Assembly: GCA_964022095.1 (NCBI GenBank) | Contig: CAXHZO010000025.1 | Location: 1-28,371, forward strand | Length of the DNA: 28,371 bases | Reading direction: 5' to 3' | DNA from: an uncultured Arcobacteraceae bacterium | GTDB lineage: Bacteria > Campylobacterota > Campylobacteria > Campylobacterales > Arcobacteraceae | Part shown: piece after piece, positions 16,428 to 25,435 of the stretch | Layout: each line of letters starts with the position of its first letter | Position numbering within the stretch: the stretch's first letter is position 1 | Made by a program: the position numbers and the translations under genes | Notes under the pieces: model-generated | Seen by the model: the letters and a program-made list of their open reading frames with translations, nothing else | What the model was told of the DNA's origin: nothing | Database searches by the model: none

Positions 16428-17009
16428 TTATATCCCAAAACTTTTAGAAAATGCTTTTTTAAATTTTGTATAGTAAGGATAACTATTTCTATGTTTTGTA
16501 CCATAGTTATAACATTCAATTGTTTTTTTTATATCTTTTTTCATTTTTAAGCAAGACTTTAGAACTTTAGAACTTTTTAGTAAGTTATATTTAGGATCAA
16601 ATATATAATCAATCTCTTCTAATTTAAAATTAGTTGTGTTAATTTGAGTTAGTCCAACATCAAAGCTAAAGTTTTGTTTTTTAAATGCTGTAGCAAGTGC
16701 TTTTGCATACAAAAGGTTTTTGGGATAAAAACTTATAATCCATTTATTTTTATTGTATTTGTATTCACTTGCTATAATCTTTATATTTGGATTTTGTATT
16801 TGTTTAAATTGAAGAGCATTTTCTTTTGATGTTGTCATACAAATAGCAAAAGGTTTAAAGTTACTTTCTATTTTTGCTATTGTATAAAGAATTCTTTGAT
16901 CTATATTTTCTCTTAATGCAATTTCCTTTATTGCCTTTGCAATATCAGTATTATCAAAAGCAAAAAGAAAATTATGCATTAGTAAGATAGTTAAAATGTT
17001 TTTTTTCAT
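16428..17009 (-). CDS. virB1: VirB1-like lytic transglycosylase (SLT)
   Basis: Signal peptide; IAKIESNF (catalytic Glu), DVGLTQIN and YN motifs. Confidence 0.88.
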   Translation of the reverse strand: MKKNILTILLMHNFLFAFDNTDIAKAIKEIALRENIDQRILYTIAKIESNFKPFAICMTTSKENALQFKQIQNPNIKIIASEYKYNKNKWIISFYPKNLLYAKALATAFKKQNFSFDVGLTQINTTNFKLEEIDYIFDPKYNLLKSSKVLKSCLKMKKDIKKTIECYNYGTKHRNSYPYYTKFKKAFSKSFGI

Positions 17010-17770
17010 TATTTAACTACTACGCCAATTTTAAAGTTTTTGATTATTAATCCATAAGGATTTAATTCAGTAGATTCTGCAAGATCAACATATCCTTTAA
17101 CTTCTATAGGAACAACACCCCTTTTTTCATATTTTGAATCTTTTGATAAATCATAGTTTACTGTTCCAACTGAAACATTTACTTTTATCGAGAAACTATT
17201 TTGGTTAAACTTGAAGTACTCAACTTTATAATTATTAATAGTTATAAATTCTGGCATTTTGTCTTCACCTAACATTGATTGAAGTTTAAATAAATATGTT
17301 CTTAAGTCTTTTTGTGACTCTTTATTCTTTTTAGACATTAAATCTTGATAAATAAATTGTAATTTATAAGAGTTTGCAATTACATCGCTTGGTGAAGTAA
17401 ATTTATTAACTTTAAAATTATCAGTAATTTCTGATCTACTAACTATAAAGTTCTCAACTAAAGTTTTTGCTAACCATTTTTCAATAAATTTAGCTTCTAA
17501 TTTAGTCTTTTTTACTTTGATACTTCTTCCATCTACTGTTGTCATTATTGTATATAGATTATTGGTATATACTGTATCTTTTAAATCTTCTATTGCAGAG
17601 GCTGTTTTTTCTAGTACATAAAGGGCATAGAATGTTATTCCTATACTAACTATTGCGATTACAAACCAATTTTTAGCAAAAATTCTTTCTGCTTTAAATG
17701 CTAGTGTTTCATCTTCAGTGAATTCTTTTTTTATTGTTTTTTTATTATCTGATTGACTTTCAGTACTCAT
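17009..17770 (-). CDS. virB8: VirB8-like bitopic inner-membrane protein
   Basis: N-terminal TM, 253 aa, C-terminal LNPYGLII (VirB8 NPxG motif). Confidence 0.75.
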   Translation of the reverse strand: MSTESQSDNKKTIKKEFTEDETLAFKAERIFAKNWFVIAIVSIGITFYALYVLEKTASAIEDLKDTVYTNNLYTIMTTVDGRSIKVKKTKLEAKFIEKWLAKTLVENFIVSRSEITDNFKVNKFTSPSDVIANSYKLQFIYQDLMSKKNKESQKDLRTYLFKLQSMLGEDKMPEFITINNYKVEYFKFNQNSFSIKVNVSVGTVNYDLSKDSKYEKRGVVPIEVKGYVDLAESTELNPYGLIIKNFKIGVVVK

Positions 17771-17778
17771 GATTTCCT

Positions 17779-18414
17779 CTATCTACAAAAACTAGTAAAC
17801 TGTACACAAAAGTTTTTTTTCTCTTGTTTTGTAAAGAAAATTACTTCATAGTTATATTTATTTTCCACATACGCAATATTTGCATTGTTTAAAAGATTTC
17901 TATTCTTACTAGATTTTTTTACTTTTAAAGTGGATTTTTTAAAATTTTTATCAACTTTATCTGGAAGAATTTCAGAATAAGTATCTCTATTACTTAAATA
18001 AACCGAGTTCTTTTCATTTAAATCAGATTCTTTAGTAGTTGAATTTACTTGTTTATGGTATAAAGTAGGTAAAGAATCAAATTCTTTAAAAATATCTTCT
18101 ATATTTAGTTCTCTCTGTATTTTTGAGGGAACTACTACAATTTTCATTGAACCATCAGAATCTAGTTGTTGATATACTTGAGGTGCAGTTAACTTTTTTT
18201 CGTGAATTAAATATTTTCCAATTTCATATGCCTTAATTCTATCTTTATACGCAGATAATATTTTTTTGGCATCTTTAAATGCTTCTTCTTGTCCTTTTAA
18301 TAAGCCTTTTTGATAGCCATTTTCATATCCTCTATCATAATAAAAATCTTCACTATCTCCTGCGAATAGAATACTTGAAGAAACTATAAGGCTACTTAAT
18401 AAAATTTTTTTCAT
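17779..18414 (-). CDS. Exported T4SS-associated hypothetical protein
   Basis: Signal peptide, GYENGYQKG repeat, C-terminal Cys pair. Confidence 0.6.
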   Translation of the reverse strand: MKKILLSSLIVSSSILFAGDSEDFYYDRGYENGYQKGLLKGQEEAFKDAKKILSAYKDRIKAYEIGKYLIHEKKLTAPQVYQQLDSDGSMKIVVVPSKIQRELNIEDIFKEFDSLPTLYHKQVNSTTKESDLNEKNSVYLSNRDTYSEILPDKVDKNFKKSTLKVKKSSKNRNLLNNANIAYVENKYNYEVIFFTKQEKKNFCVQFTSFCR

Positions 18415-18416
18415 CT

Positions 18417-19448
18417 CTATTTTCCTTTTGTAGTATTAGATATTTTGTTGTGTCTAATATTGTTGTTACTTGTGTCTTTTGTTGTGTAGTTTTTTATATT
18501 TACATTGTTTTCTGTAGTATTATCTAAGGACATTTCTTTAGGATTAACATACAAGTCTATATATAGTTTACTACCCTTTATAATTTGATATAAATAGGGT
18601 AAATCGGCTTTATACACATCTGCAAATGCTTTTACTGTTCCAGCAATAATATCTATAGCTCCTTTAACAATATAGTCTTTTGCCTCGGGTCTTTCTGTAT
18701 TTGTAGTTACGACAGGTTGTGTTATAACAGTACCAGATCCTGAGTTTACAGTATTACTATCTCCAGTTGAAGCTTTTTGTTCTACTTTACTCGCTTCAAG
18801 TTGATCTAAATAGTCATTAGACCCATCTTTTACTGCAATTGCAGTATTCCCTGTCGCTTCAAGTGCAAGTTTTTCTAGTTTTCTATTATTTACGTAAGTT
18901 GCTACATTATAAGAACTTCTAGATTCGTTTAGAATTTTTGCATTTTCAATTTTATATTTTTTATTGTTTTTTTCAATATGTAGCCCTGTTACAAATAGTG
19001 TTTCAAGTTGATTGTGTGGAACATAATTACCAAAGAATTTAATGGATCCAATATTTGTTGTACAAATTAAATTTGCAGACATAGGTTGTTTCCCAATATC
19101 AACAGTATCTTCGACAATACAATAACCTTTTACGCTTACATAATTTGTTACTGTATCTCCATCATCATTATTATTAATTTCTTCTTCTTTTTCAGTAACA
19201 ATAAGTCTTTTTTCTCCATCTATTGCTGCAAAACTTGCATGGCTTCTTATATAATGGTAGTTTAAAAGTATTTCTTTTTCATAATTATATATTTTTTCTT
19301 TTTCTCTTTGGGGAAAAGCTCCATCTAATTCTATAACATTAGATTTTCCCTCTCCTGATGTTTTAATAATATTTTGTTGTATCGAATTCTGAGAATATAG
19401 ATAAATAGGAGTAATTATTAAACTAATAAAAATAGATATATTTTTCAT
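18417..19448 (-). CDS. VirB10/TrbI-like outer-membrane core protein (divergent)
   Basis: Beta-rich region followed by two amphipathic helices and a terminal strand PYLYQIIKGSKLYIDL, resembling the VirB10 antenna and last strand; cluster context. Confidence 0.45.
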   Translation of the reverse strand: MKNISIFISLIITPIYLYSQNSIQQNIIKTSGEGKSNVIELDGAFPQREKEKIYNYEKEILLNYHYIRSHASFAAIDGEKRLIVTEKEEEINNNDDGDTVTNYVSVKGYCIVEDTVDIGKQPMSANLICTTNIGSIKFFGNYVPHNQLETLFVTGLHIEKNNKKYKIENAKILNESRSSYNVATYVNNRKLEKLALEATGNTAIAVKDGSNDYLDQLEASKVEQKASTGDSNTVNSGSGTVITQPVVTTNTERPEAKDYIVKGAIDIIAGTVKAFADVYKADLPYLYQIIKGSKLYIDLYVNPKEMSLDNTTENNVNIKNYTTKDTSNNNIRHNKISNTTKGK

Positions 19449-19449
19449 A

Positions 19450-19749
19450 TTAATACCTTTTCTTATCTAATTCGTAACCTATATTCCATAAGTTATTTGT
19501 TTTTTTTATTACTTTATTTGTTTTATTAGTATGAACTCTTTTTTCTATTCCATTATTAAACTCTTTTACAATATATTTTTCAAACTCTTTTTTAATATCA
19601 TTATTTAAATAATATCTCTTCTCTTCAATCTTTTCAGGAATTACAATCTTTTCTTCTTCTGGAATTTTATTTGTTTGGTATTTACTTGTACATCCAGTGA
19701 AAGATATAATTGAAAAAGAGATTATCAAAAGTAAATTTTTTTTATTCAT
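19450..19749 (-). CDS. Small lipoprotein, VirB7-like
   Basis: Lipobox FTGC, 99 aa, adjacent to the VirB10-like gene. Confidence 0.55.
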   Translation of the reverse strand: MNKKNLLLIISFSIISFTGCTSKYQTNKIPEEEKIVIPEKIEEKRYYLNNDIKKEFEKYIVKEFNNGIEKRVHTNKTNKVIKKTNNLWNIGYELDKKRY

Positions 19750-19762
19750 TTTTTACCTTTCT

Positions 19763-20545
19763 TTATTTTGCTACATCAGCTAAGTCTATAAATAAATTTG
19801 TGTTATAAACTTTTTGGAATAATTCACCTTCATTTGTTTTGTATACCCCACCTTTTTTAAAGATTGTCCCTTTAGAATAAGTGTTATATTCCATAAATAA
19901 ATCAGATTGAAAACATTTTCCTGAAATATTCTTACACTTATTTATTGAATCTTTTTTATAATCATATTTGTAAATCATTGCTTTATTTTTTAGTTTAAAA
20001 TATTTAAAAGTTTTTTTGATCTTCTTTGTATTTGATGATTTTTCTTTTTCAAGTCTTATTTGTAACGGAGTTTCATATTTTTTTACATAAGTTATGTCTA
20101 AATTACTAGTAACATCAGTAATTACATTATCAAATGTTTTTGAGAATAAAATTGGATATGTTTCTATCTTCCCATTTGTTAGTTCTTCAACTTTTAAACT
20201 TACTGGGTATTTAGACTCTAGTATTCTTTTTAATTCTATTGCATCAGGTTTTCGATCAAAAGAATCAATTAATAAAAATTCTTTTGTAATTAAGCTATTT
20301 ATATTTTCTTTAGCTAGTAAATGTTGAAAATATAGAATATCACTTGTTGGGATATTATTAATATTCATTGTAACAATATATGGGCTATCAAGTTGTATGA
20401 CTTTAGGTTGATATCCCTCATTTTTTAATTGGTAGTCAACAGTTTCTAGACCTATTGAAAACCCTTTTTTAAAACTTTCTAGTTCATTTGCAAAAATATT
20501 ACTCGCTAGTCCTAAACTAATTAATAGCATATATGCTTTATTCAT
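19763..20545 (-). CDS. Exported hypothetical protein of the T4SS cluster
   Basis: Signal peptide, 260 aa; possible SPOR-like segment (DSFDRKPDAIELKRIL). Confidence 0.55.
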   Translation of the reverse strand: MNKAYMLLISLGLASNIFANELESFKKGFSIGLETVDYQLKNEGYQPKVIQLDSPYIVTMNINNIPTSDILYFQHLLAKENINSLITKEFLLIDSFDRKPDAIELKRILESKYPVSLKVEELTNGKIETYPILFSKTFDNVITDVTSNLDITYVKKYETPLQIRLEKEKSSNTKKIKKTFKYFKLKNKAMIYKYDYKKDSINKCKNISGKCFQSDLFMEYNTYSKGTIFKKGGVYKTNEGELFQKVYNTNLFIDLADVAK

Positions 20546-20563
20546 TTTATTTCCTTTTTTGTG

Positions 20564-21217
20564 TTATTTATAAAATCTTAAATTATAATAATAATTATTG
20601 TTTATCTTAAATCTAATTTTTTTATTGTAAATATTAATAACTTTAAAATCTCCAAATTTATCATTTTCTTCAAAGTTGTTTTTTTTATATGAAAATGATT
20701 TTTGTTTAGGATCAATTGATATTTGACTTTTTATGTTTTTAAGATCTGCAATTGTTTTAATTGTTATTTGTTCATTAACTGTTTTTACAATTTCTACAGC
20801 AGGTTCGTTTTTTTTATCAGTTATTTTTTTTATTACTTTATCTATTTCTTTTTCACTTATATTATCTTCTCTTGATATATCTTCTAATTCTATCTCTGTT
20901 ACAATAGGCTCTTTTATCTTTTCTATTGGTGTATTTGAGAGATTTTTTACTGGTGAAACTATATTTTGTTTTTTCTTTTCTATAGTTTCTTTTAAAGGTA
21001 TTATTTCCTCATTAGTTGTTGATGTGGTATCGCTTAGTTTTGTTTGTATTGCAAGATTTGTTTTTTTTTCCTTAATGATTTTTGGTGTTTCTTCTTTTTT
21101 CTTCTCTTGAATTTGCTCTAAATTTTTATCTATATTTATTTTTCTTGCAATAACAAAAATAATAAATAAAATAAAAATTGAAACAAAACCTATTTTTAAG
21201 TATTTTTTTTTATTCAT
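20564..21217 (-). CDS. Bitopic membrane protein with charged low-complexity linker and small beta C-terminal domain
   Basis: One N-terminal TM, K/E-rich middle; 217 aa. Confidence 0.6.
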   Translation of the reverse strand: MNKKKYLKIGFVSIFILFIIFVIARKINIDKNLEQIQEKKKEETPKIIKEKKTNLAIQTKLSDTTSTTNEEIIPLKETIEKKKQNIVSPVKNLSNTPIEKIKEPIVTEIELEDISREDNISEKEIDKVIKKITDKKNEPAVEIVKTVNEQITIKTIADLKNIKSQISIDPKQKSFSYKKNNFEENDKFGDFKVINIYNKKIRFKINNNYYYNLRFYK

Positions 21218-21225
21218 GTTTCATC

Positions 21226-21978
21226 CTATTTATATACTATACCGTTATCAATTCGGTATTTATTTCCATTAACAAAAATATTTCCATAGTCATTATCTTT
21301 AACTATTCTGTATACTGTGTCTGCAATATATAAATAATTGTACTTTTCAGTTGGATATTTTTTATATTCTTTAACATATGCTTGAATTACTTCTATATCA
21401 CTCATTGGTTTAATATCTTGATATGAATATACTGTATTTAAAACTTCACTTCTTATTTCATTTTTATCAAATCTCTTAACCATTAAATTTAAAATCTTAT
21501 TTTGCTCTTTCTGTGAATAAACAATTACTAAATTTCCTCTATCAAAATTATTAGCTACATCAATAGTTAGCATATTCTGATCGAATAATATTTTTTCAAA
21601 CATTTTTCCTCTAGCAAATGAAATCACACTTCCTTTGGGCAATAATATTGTAGTAGTATAGTAAGGGTGAATAGCTATACTTTCTTGTGAAGAGATACTT
21701 TTAACTACAGGTTTTTGATTTACACTTATATTGTCAAACTTATCTAACAGATGGGTATTTGATTTGTCTTTTTTTTGCACCTGTTTCATTTTATTTGGAT
21801 TAATATCTAAATAGAATTTGTTTATTTTCAAATCATCAATATTTTCTTTTGATTTAGTTCTTGCTGACTTCTCTTCTGGTAAACTAAAGTTACTTGGGCT
21901 TAGTGGACTGGTCTGTGAGCCCTTTTCTAAAGCGAATAAAGAGATAGATAGTAAACAAAATATTAATATTTTTTTCAT
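21226..21978 (-). CDS. VirB9/TraK-like exported core protein (divergent)
   Basis: Signal peptide; SIAIHPYYTTTILLPKG resembles the VirB9/TrbG N-domain motif (I..xpgy.T.i.l). Confidence 0.5.
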   Translation of the reverse strand: MKKILIFCLLSISLFALEKGSQTSPLSPSNFSLPEEKSARTKSKENIDDLKINKFYLDINPNKMKQVQKKDKSNTHLLDKFDNISVNQKPVVKSISSQESIAIHPYYTTTILLPKGSVISFARGKMFEKILFDQNMLTIDVANNFDRGNLVIVYSQKEQNKILNLMVKRFDKNEIRSEVLNTVYSYQDIKPMSDIEVIQAYVKEYKKYPTEKYNYLYIADTVYRIVKDNDYGNIFVNGNKYRIDNGIVYK

Positions 21979-22469
21979 TTTTCCTCCTTGGTTTTTGTGA
22001 TAGCATATGCTACGAGTTTATTGTCTTCGTATACTTCAAATTGTTTTCTAAAAAATAGATCCATTATCAATTCAATTACAAAAAAACTGATTAAACAGTA
22101 TTTTATGAAAAGGGGAAATAATAATATATTGTAAAAGAAAAAGATCAGTATTGATGACAGAATTGTAATTGGTACTATAATTTTGTAGTTATTAAATATA
22201 TAAAATATTAAGATATATAATGGTGATAATAATATTATAACTTCAAGATTTAGTATTTCTTTTATTGATATAATTAAAGATAAAAGTAGTATAGAGGGGA
22301 AATATTTAATTATAAAGAAGTTAATTCTGATTTTTTTATTTGAAACGAGCTTTAATTCTTTTAATTTTGTTTTTATTTTAATAGTATCATTTTTATGTGA
22401 TAGAACTTCTACATTTCTTCTAAAGAAGAACCATAAAAAAAAGATATATTTAGAAAAATTTATTATCAA
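21975..22469 (-). CDS. Small polytopic membrane protein
   Basis: TTG start with GAGG RBS, several hydrophobic helices, ATGA overlap with the next gene. Confidence 0.6.
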   Translation of the reverse strand: MIINFSKYIFFLWFFFRRNVEVLSHKNDTIKIKTKLKELKLVSNKKIRINFFIIKYFPSILLLSLIISIKEILNLEVIILLSPLYILIFYIFNNYKIIVPITILSSILIFFFYNILLFPLFIKYCLISFFVIELIMDLFFRKQFEVYEDNKLVAYAITKTKEEK

Positions 22470-22508
22470 AAGAGCCCTCGTATAGTTTATATTAAAATAA
22501 TTTTTTGG

Positions 22509-22517
22509 ATTATAACA
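22509..22517 (-). promoter_or_regulatory. Extended -10 promoter (TGTTATAAT) for the core-complex/VirB4 operon
   Basis: TGnTATAAT about 40 bp upstream of 22469, with AT-rich upstream sequence. Confidence 0.6.
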
Positions 22518-22564
22518 AAGTAAATATTTAATGAAGCTAAAATATAATAAAAAAACATATAATA

Positions 22565-23698
22565 TTATATTTCAAGGAATAACTCTCTTTGTCCGATCAT
22601 AGCATTGATACCATCTTTTGCTGTTTTTATTATAGGTATTACCGAATCCACAACATCTATAATTATTTCTTCTGTAATTTGACCTCTGGCCATTTGCTTA
22701 AATTCTAATAGTTTGAAAAATGTTTCAATTTCACTTGGAGAGTATGGAAATCGATTTGCCTGAGCATTTTCTTTTAGATACTTGTCTTCAATGATATTAA
22801 TGATATCATCAACATTACATATATTAAATATAGATTCTAAGTTGAATTTTTTAGCATATAGCTTAATAATATCTTTTGCTGCATTTATATTGGGAATATT
22901 TATAAAAAACAACTCATCAAATCTTCCTCTTCTAAGAAATTCAGGATTGTTGTCAAGTATACTGCTAAGATTGTTAGCAGTTGCTATGTATAAAATATCT
23001 AAGTCTTTATATTTTGATGTTTCTGTATGCATTTCATTTAATAAGGTTAAAAAAGCACCCAAGATTTGTTTTTCTGCTGGAGATTGATTTCCTATCATCT
23101 TTTCAATTTCATCTAGTAAGATTATAAACTTATCATTTTTAAAATTATTGAGATAAGTATGTATTTTATCTAGTTCGGCAATAGGTTCATTTTTTGTGAG
23201 AATATCACTTAAATTTAAAAATACTAGTTTTCTTTCTGTCTCTCCAGCAAAGCATTTTGCAAAAAATGTTTTTCCTGTACCTGGTATTCCGGCAAGTAAT
23301 ATTGCTTTTACTTTATACCCTTTTTTTGAAGCAATAAGGTAGTCTTTTGTCCATTGTTTTAATCCAAATGCTCCACCAATGTCATTTATTGAATAACTAG
23401 AATTAACAATAGTAATCCCTAGTCTTTTTTCTAGGGCTTGAGAGCTTGTAATACCTAGTTGATGCTCTTGAGTTGTAAGGGCCCCATAAACACTATTAAT
23501 TTTTACTTGAGGAATAATAGATTCATATTTTTTTGGTACATCATAAGGTGCAATAAATATTGTATGAGAGTTTATGTTTTTTTTTATATCTTCTTCTGCT
23601 GGAAATAAAATGATTTCTTTTTTTTGATAAATTGATAAAAACTCATTGTATTTTTCATTATTGTAGTAGGTTACTTCTTCTACTTGTAGCCAAATCAT
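22565..23698 (-). CDS. Classical AAA+ ATPase (Ycf46/SpoVK-like)
   Basis: GIPGTGKT (Walker A), ILLDEIEK (Walker B), ATAN (sensor 1), PEFLRRGRFDELFF (second region of homology). Confidence 0.88.
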   Translation of the reverse strand: MIWLQVEEVTYYNNEKYNEFLSIYQKKEIILFPAEEDIKKNINSHTIFIAPYDVPKKYESIIPQVKINSVYGALTTQEHQLGITSSQALEKRLGITIVNSSYSINDIGGAFGLKQWTKDYLIASKKGYKVKAILLAGIPGTGKTFFAKCFAGETERKLVFLNLSDILTKNEPIAELDKIHTYLNNFKNDKFIILLDEIEKMIGNQSPAEKQILGAFLTLLNEMHTETSKYKDLDILYIATANNLSSILDNNPEFLRRGRFDELFFINIPNINAAKDIIKLYAKKFNLESIFNICNVDDIINIIEDKYLKENAQANRFPYSPSEIETFFKLLEFKQMARGQITEEIIIDVVDSVIPIIKTAKDGINAMIGQRELFLEI

Positions 23699-23709
23699 TT
23701 TTATTTTCC

Positions 23710-24027
23710 TTAGTTGATGGATTCAATTTTATAAAGCTTTTCTAGTAGAAATATCAGTTCCTTAGTTTCTAATGCTTTTAACTTTTCTGATTTCAATATT
23801 TTTTCCAACTCTTCATTTTGTGTATTTATGCTTTGATTATTTACTTGTATTTGAGGTATTAATTCATTCTGAATATTTTGAACAGTAGGTATTATATTAG
23901 TCTTTGAAATATATTGTTCGACTTGGGTATATATTTTTTGAATTTCCCCTGCACATAAACATGTAGCAGATAAATTCTCAAGATACAATAGACTAAAAAA
24001 CATCAGTAAATGTTTTATTTTCTTCAT
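23710..24027 (-). CDS. Small exported coiled-coil protein with CxC motif (same paralog family)
   Basis: Signal peptide, TCLCAG, motif KELIFLLEKLYKIESIN. Confidence 0.6.
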   Translation of the reverse strand: MKKIKHLLMFFSLLYLENLSATCLCAGEIQKIYTQVEQYISKTNIIPTVQNIQNELIPQIQVNNQSINTQNEELEKILKSEKLKALETKELIFLLEKLYKIESIN

Positions 24028-24332
24028 GCGTTTAAATCCTGAGTTTTCTTTTTTATATTTAAAATAAGTTTCCCAAATAAATCAATTATCCAAATATTAA
24101 ATTCATCTCCTCTATAGGATTTAAAAAATTTTTTATATCCTATCATTAATGCAAAAACAGTTATTGTTAAATAAAAGTTAATAGATTTCTCAAGTAATTC
24201 TATTATTATAAAATATGTAACAATAGACATAATTAGAGCATTTTTTGAAAACAAATAATATATAAAAGGTAGTTTTATTCTATAAAATTCATTATATATT
24301 ACTTCATCAACACTGTATTTCTTTTCATCCAT
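24024..24332 (-). CDS. Small two-TM membrane protein, VirB3-like
   Basis: 102 aa, two TM helices, AAGGA RBS; size and topology as VirB3. Confidence 0.4.
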   Translation of the reverse strand: MDEKKYSVDEVIYNEFYRIKLPFIYYLFSKNALIMSIVTYFIIIELLEKSINFYLTITVFALMIGYKKFFKSYRGDEFNIWIIDLFGKLILNIKKKTQDLNA

Positions 24333-24344
24333 TTTTTTCCTTTA

Positions 24345-24800
24345 TTAACCTATAGCCTGAATACTAGAGTTAGAATTGTTAGTTTCATTATTTTGTGAAG
24401 ATTGAGCAAAAGAGGGCTTGTATTCTTCTTGGGAGTTAAAAGAGTCTAAATTAAAATTAGGATTAATTTGAATACTAAATATCTCAGTAGAAGATAAAGA
24501 ATTGCCTTCGTTAGAAATAACCTTATCTTGATACTGAGAAATAAATTGTTTGCAATAGTTATTTTCAAAAGAACTAGACAAATCAGTACTAGATAATAAA
24601 GTAAGCTTGTCTTGTGTAGTATCTAAAGAATTGATTTGAGTAAAAAGATTATTTATATTTTCTAATTTTTCTTCTTTGTTAGATTCAAAATCATTGATGT
24701 ACTCATTAACTATAGTTTCAAAATCTTCTAACCCTTTCATATCTAAAGAGGCTCTAATGCTATTTAGATCTAGTTGTCTAGCAGCCTCATATGTAGCATC
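24345..24800. repeat. Repeat A copy 2 (shared effector C-terminal domain)
   Basis: Matches 1163-1612. Confidence 0.92.
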
Positions 24801-25433
24801 AACTCTTATTCCTTGAGTTGTAGGATTATCTATATAATATTTGGTTTCTTCAAAGAATCCTTTTAAATCTTCTTTTGTTATATCACCATTTGCTGTAAGG
24901 GTATCTGACATTTTATTTATTAGTGCTGCTGATGATGAACTATTTAAAGATAATCCATATTGATTATGATAATCTGCAAGCATCAACTTTTCTCCATCTG
25001 ATAGTTCAGTATTTAGCCTTGTCTCAACATTATCTATATGCTCTGTTATTTCATTAACAGCTTTTATAAAATCTTCATTTATTTTTTCTTTTCCATAGTC
25101 TGAACTTAGTGCTTGATTAATTTCATTTATTGTCTCAGAAGATAAAGAAGTTGAATCTCTAGCTACAGTTAAGTCATCCTCAATATTTAAATAATATTGT
25201 GTTCCATATTCATTATCTAAAATATCTTTTATTAAAGCTCTTCCATCACTATTAACTGATAAATCATATTGATGTGCTCCAAAAGACCATCCTGAGTTTC
25301 CTGTTCCTGCATGAGATAGCATATACCCATCTGAAACACCTCCTAACTCATTTTTTACTAAATTCTCTGCAACAGCATATTTATAATCATCTGTTATATT
25401 GTCTAATCCTTCAAAGTTTTGCCATGTAGCCAT
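24345..25433 (-). CDS. Putative peptidoglycan-hydrolase (lysozyme-like) effector with conserved C-terminal domain
   Basis: NELGG...NSGWSFGAHQYDL resembles the Glu...SG.SFG..Q motif of lysozyme-fold antibacterial effectors; also LADYHNQYG. C-terminus is repeat A; no signal peptide. ATG 25433 has a GGAGG RBS. Confidence 0.68.
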   Translation of the reverse strand: MATWQNFEGLDNITDDYKYAVAENLVKNELGGVSDGYMLSHAGTGNSGWSFGAHQYDLSVNSDGRALIKDILDNEYGTQYYLNIEDDLTVARDSTSLSSETINEINQALSSDYGKEKINEDFIKAVNEITEHIDNVETRLNTELSDGEKLMLADYHNQYGLSLNSSSSAALINKMSDTLTANGDITKEDLKGFFEETKYYIDNPTTQGIRVDATYEAARQLDLNSIRASLDMKGLEDFETIVNEYINDFESNKEEKLENINNLFTQINSLDTTQDKLTLLSSTDLSSSFENNYCKQFISQYQDKVISNEGNSLSSTEIFSIQINPNFNLDSFNSQEEYKPSFAQSSQNNETNNSNSSIQAIG

Positions 25434-25435
25434 AA

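Larger units (their letters stand above)
7047..24332 (-). other. Divergent type IV secretion system (mating-pair-formation-like) gene cluster
   Basis: Tightly packed co-oriented genes with clear VirB4, VirB1 and VirB8 motifs plus VirB6/B9/B10/B7/B2/B3-like architectures. Confidence 0.82.

Noticed and set aside
21061-21069. Poly-T/A tracts as phase-variation sites
   Set aside because: A/T runs are expected in Lys-rich AT-rich genes; the frames are intact and no long poly-G/C tracts are present.
7047-24332. Assignment as a cag PAI, T6SS or a definite conjugative element
   Set aside because: No recognisable Cag-specific, VgrG/Hcp/Tss, relaxase, coupling-protein or oriT sequences. A conjugative role cannot be excluded because such genes may lie outside the window.
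1163-24800. Repeat A copies as attL/attR or direct repeats bounding a mobile element
   Set aside because: They are in-frame coding C-termini of two genes, a third diverged copy exists, and no integrase or transposase is present. They could still act as recombination substrates.
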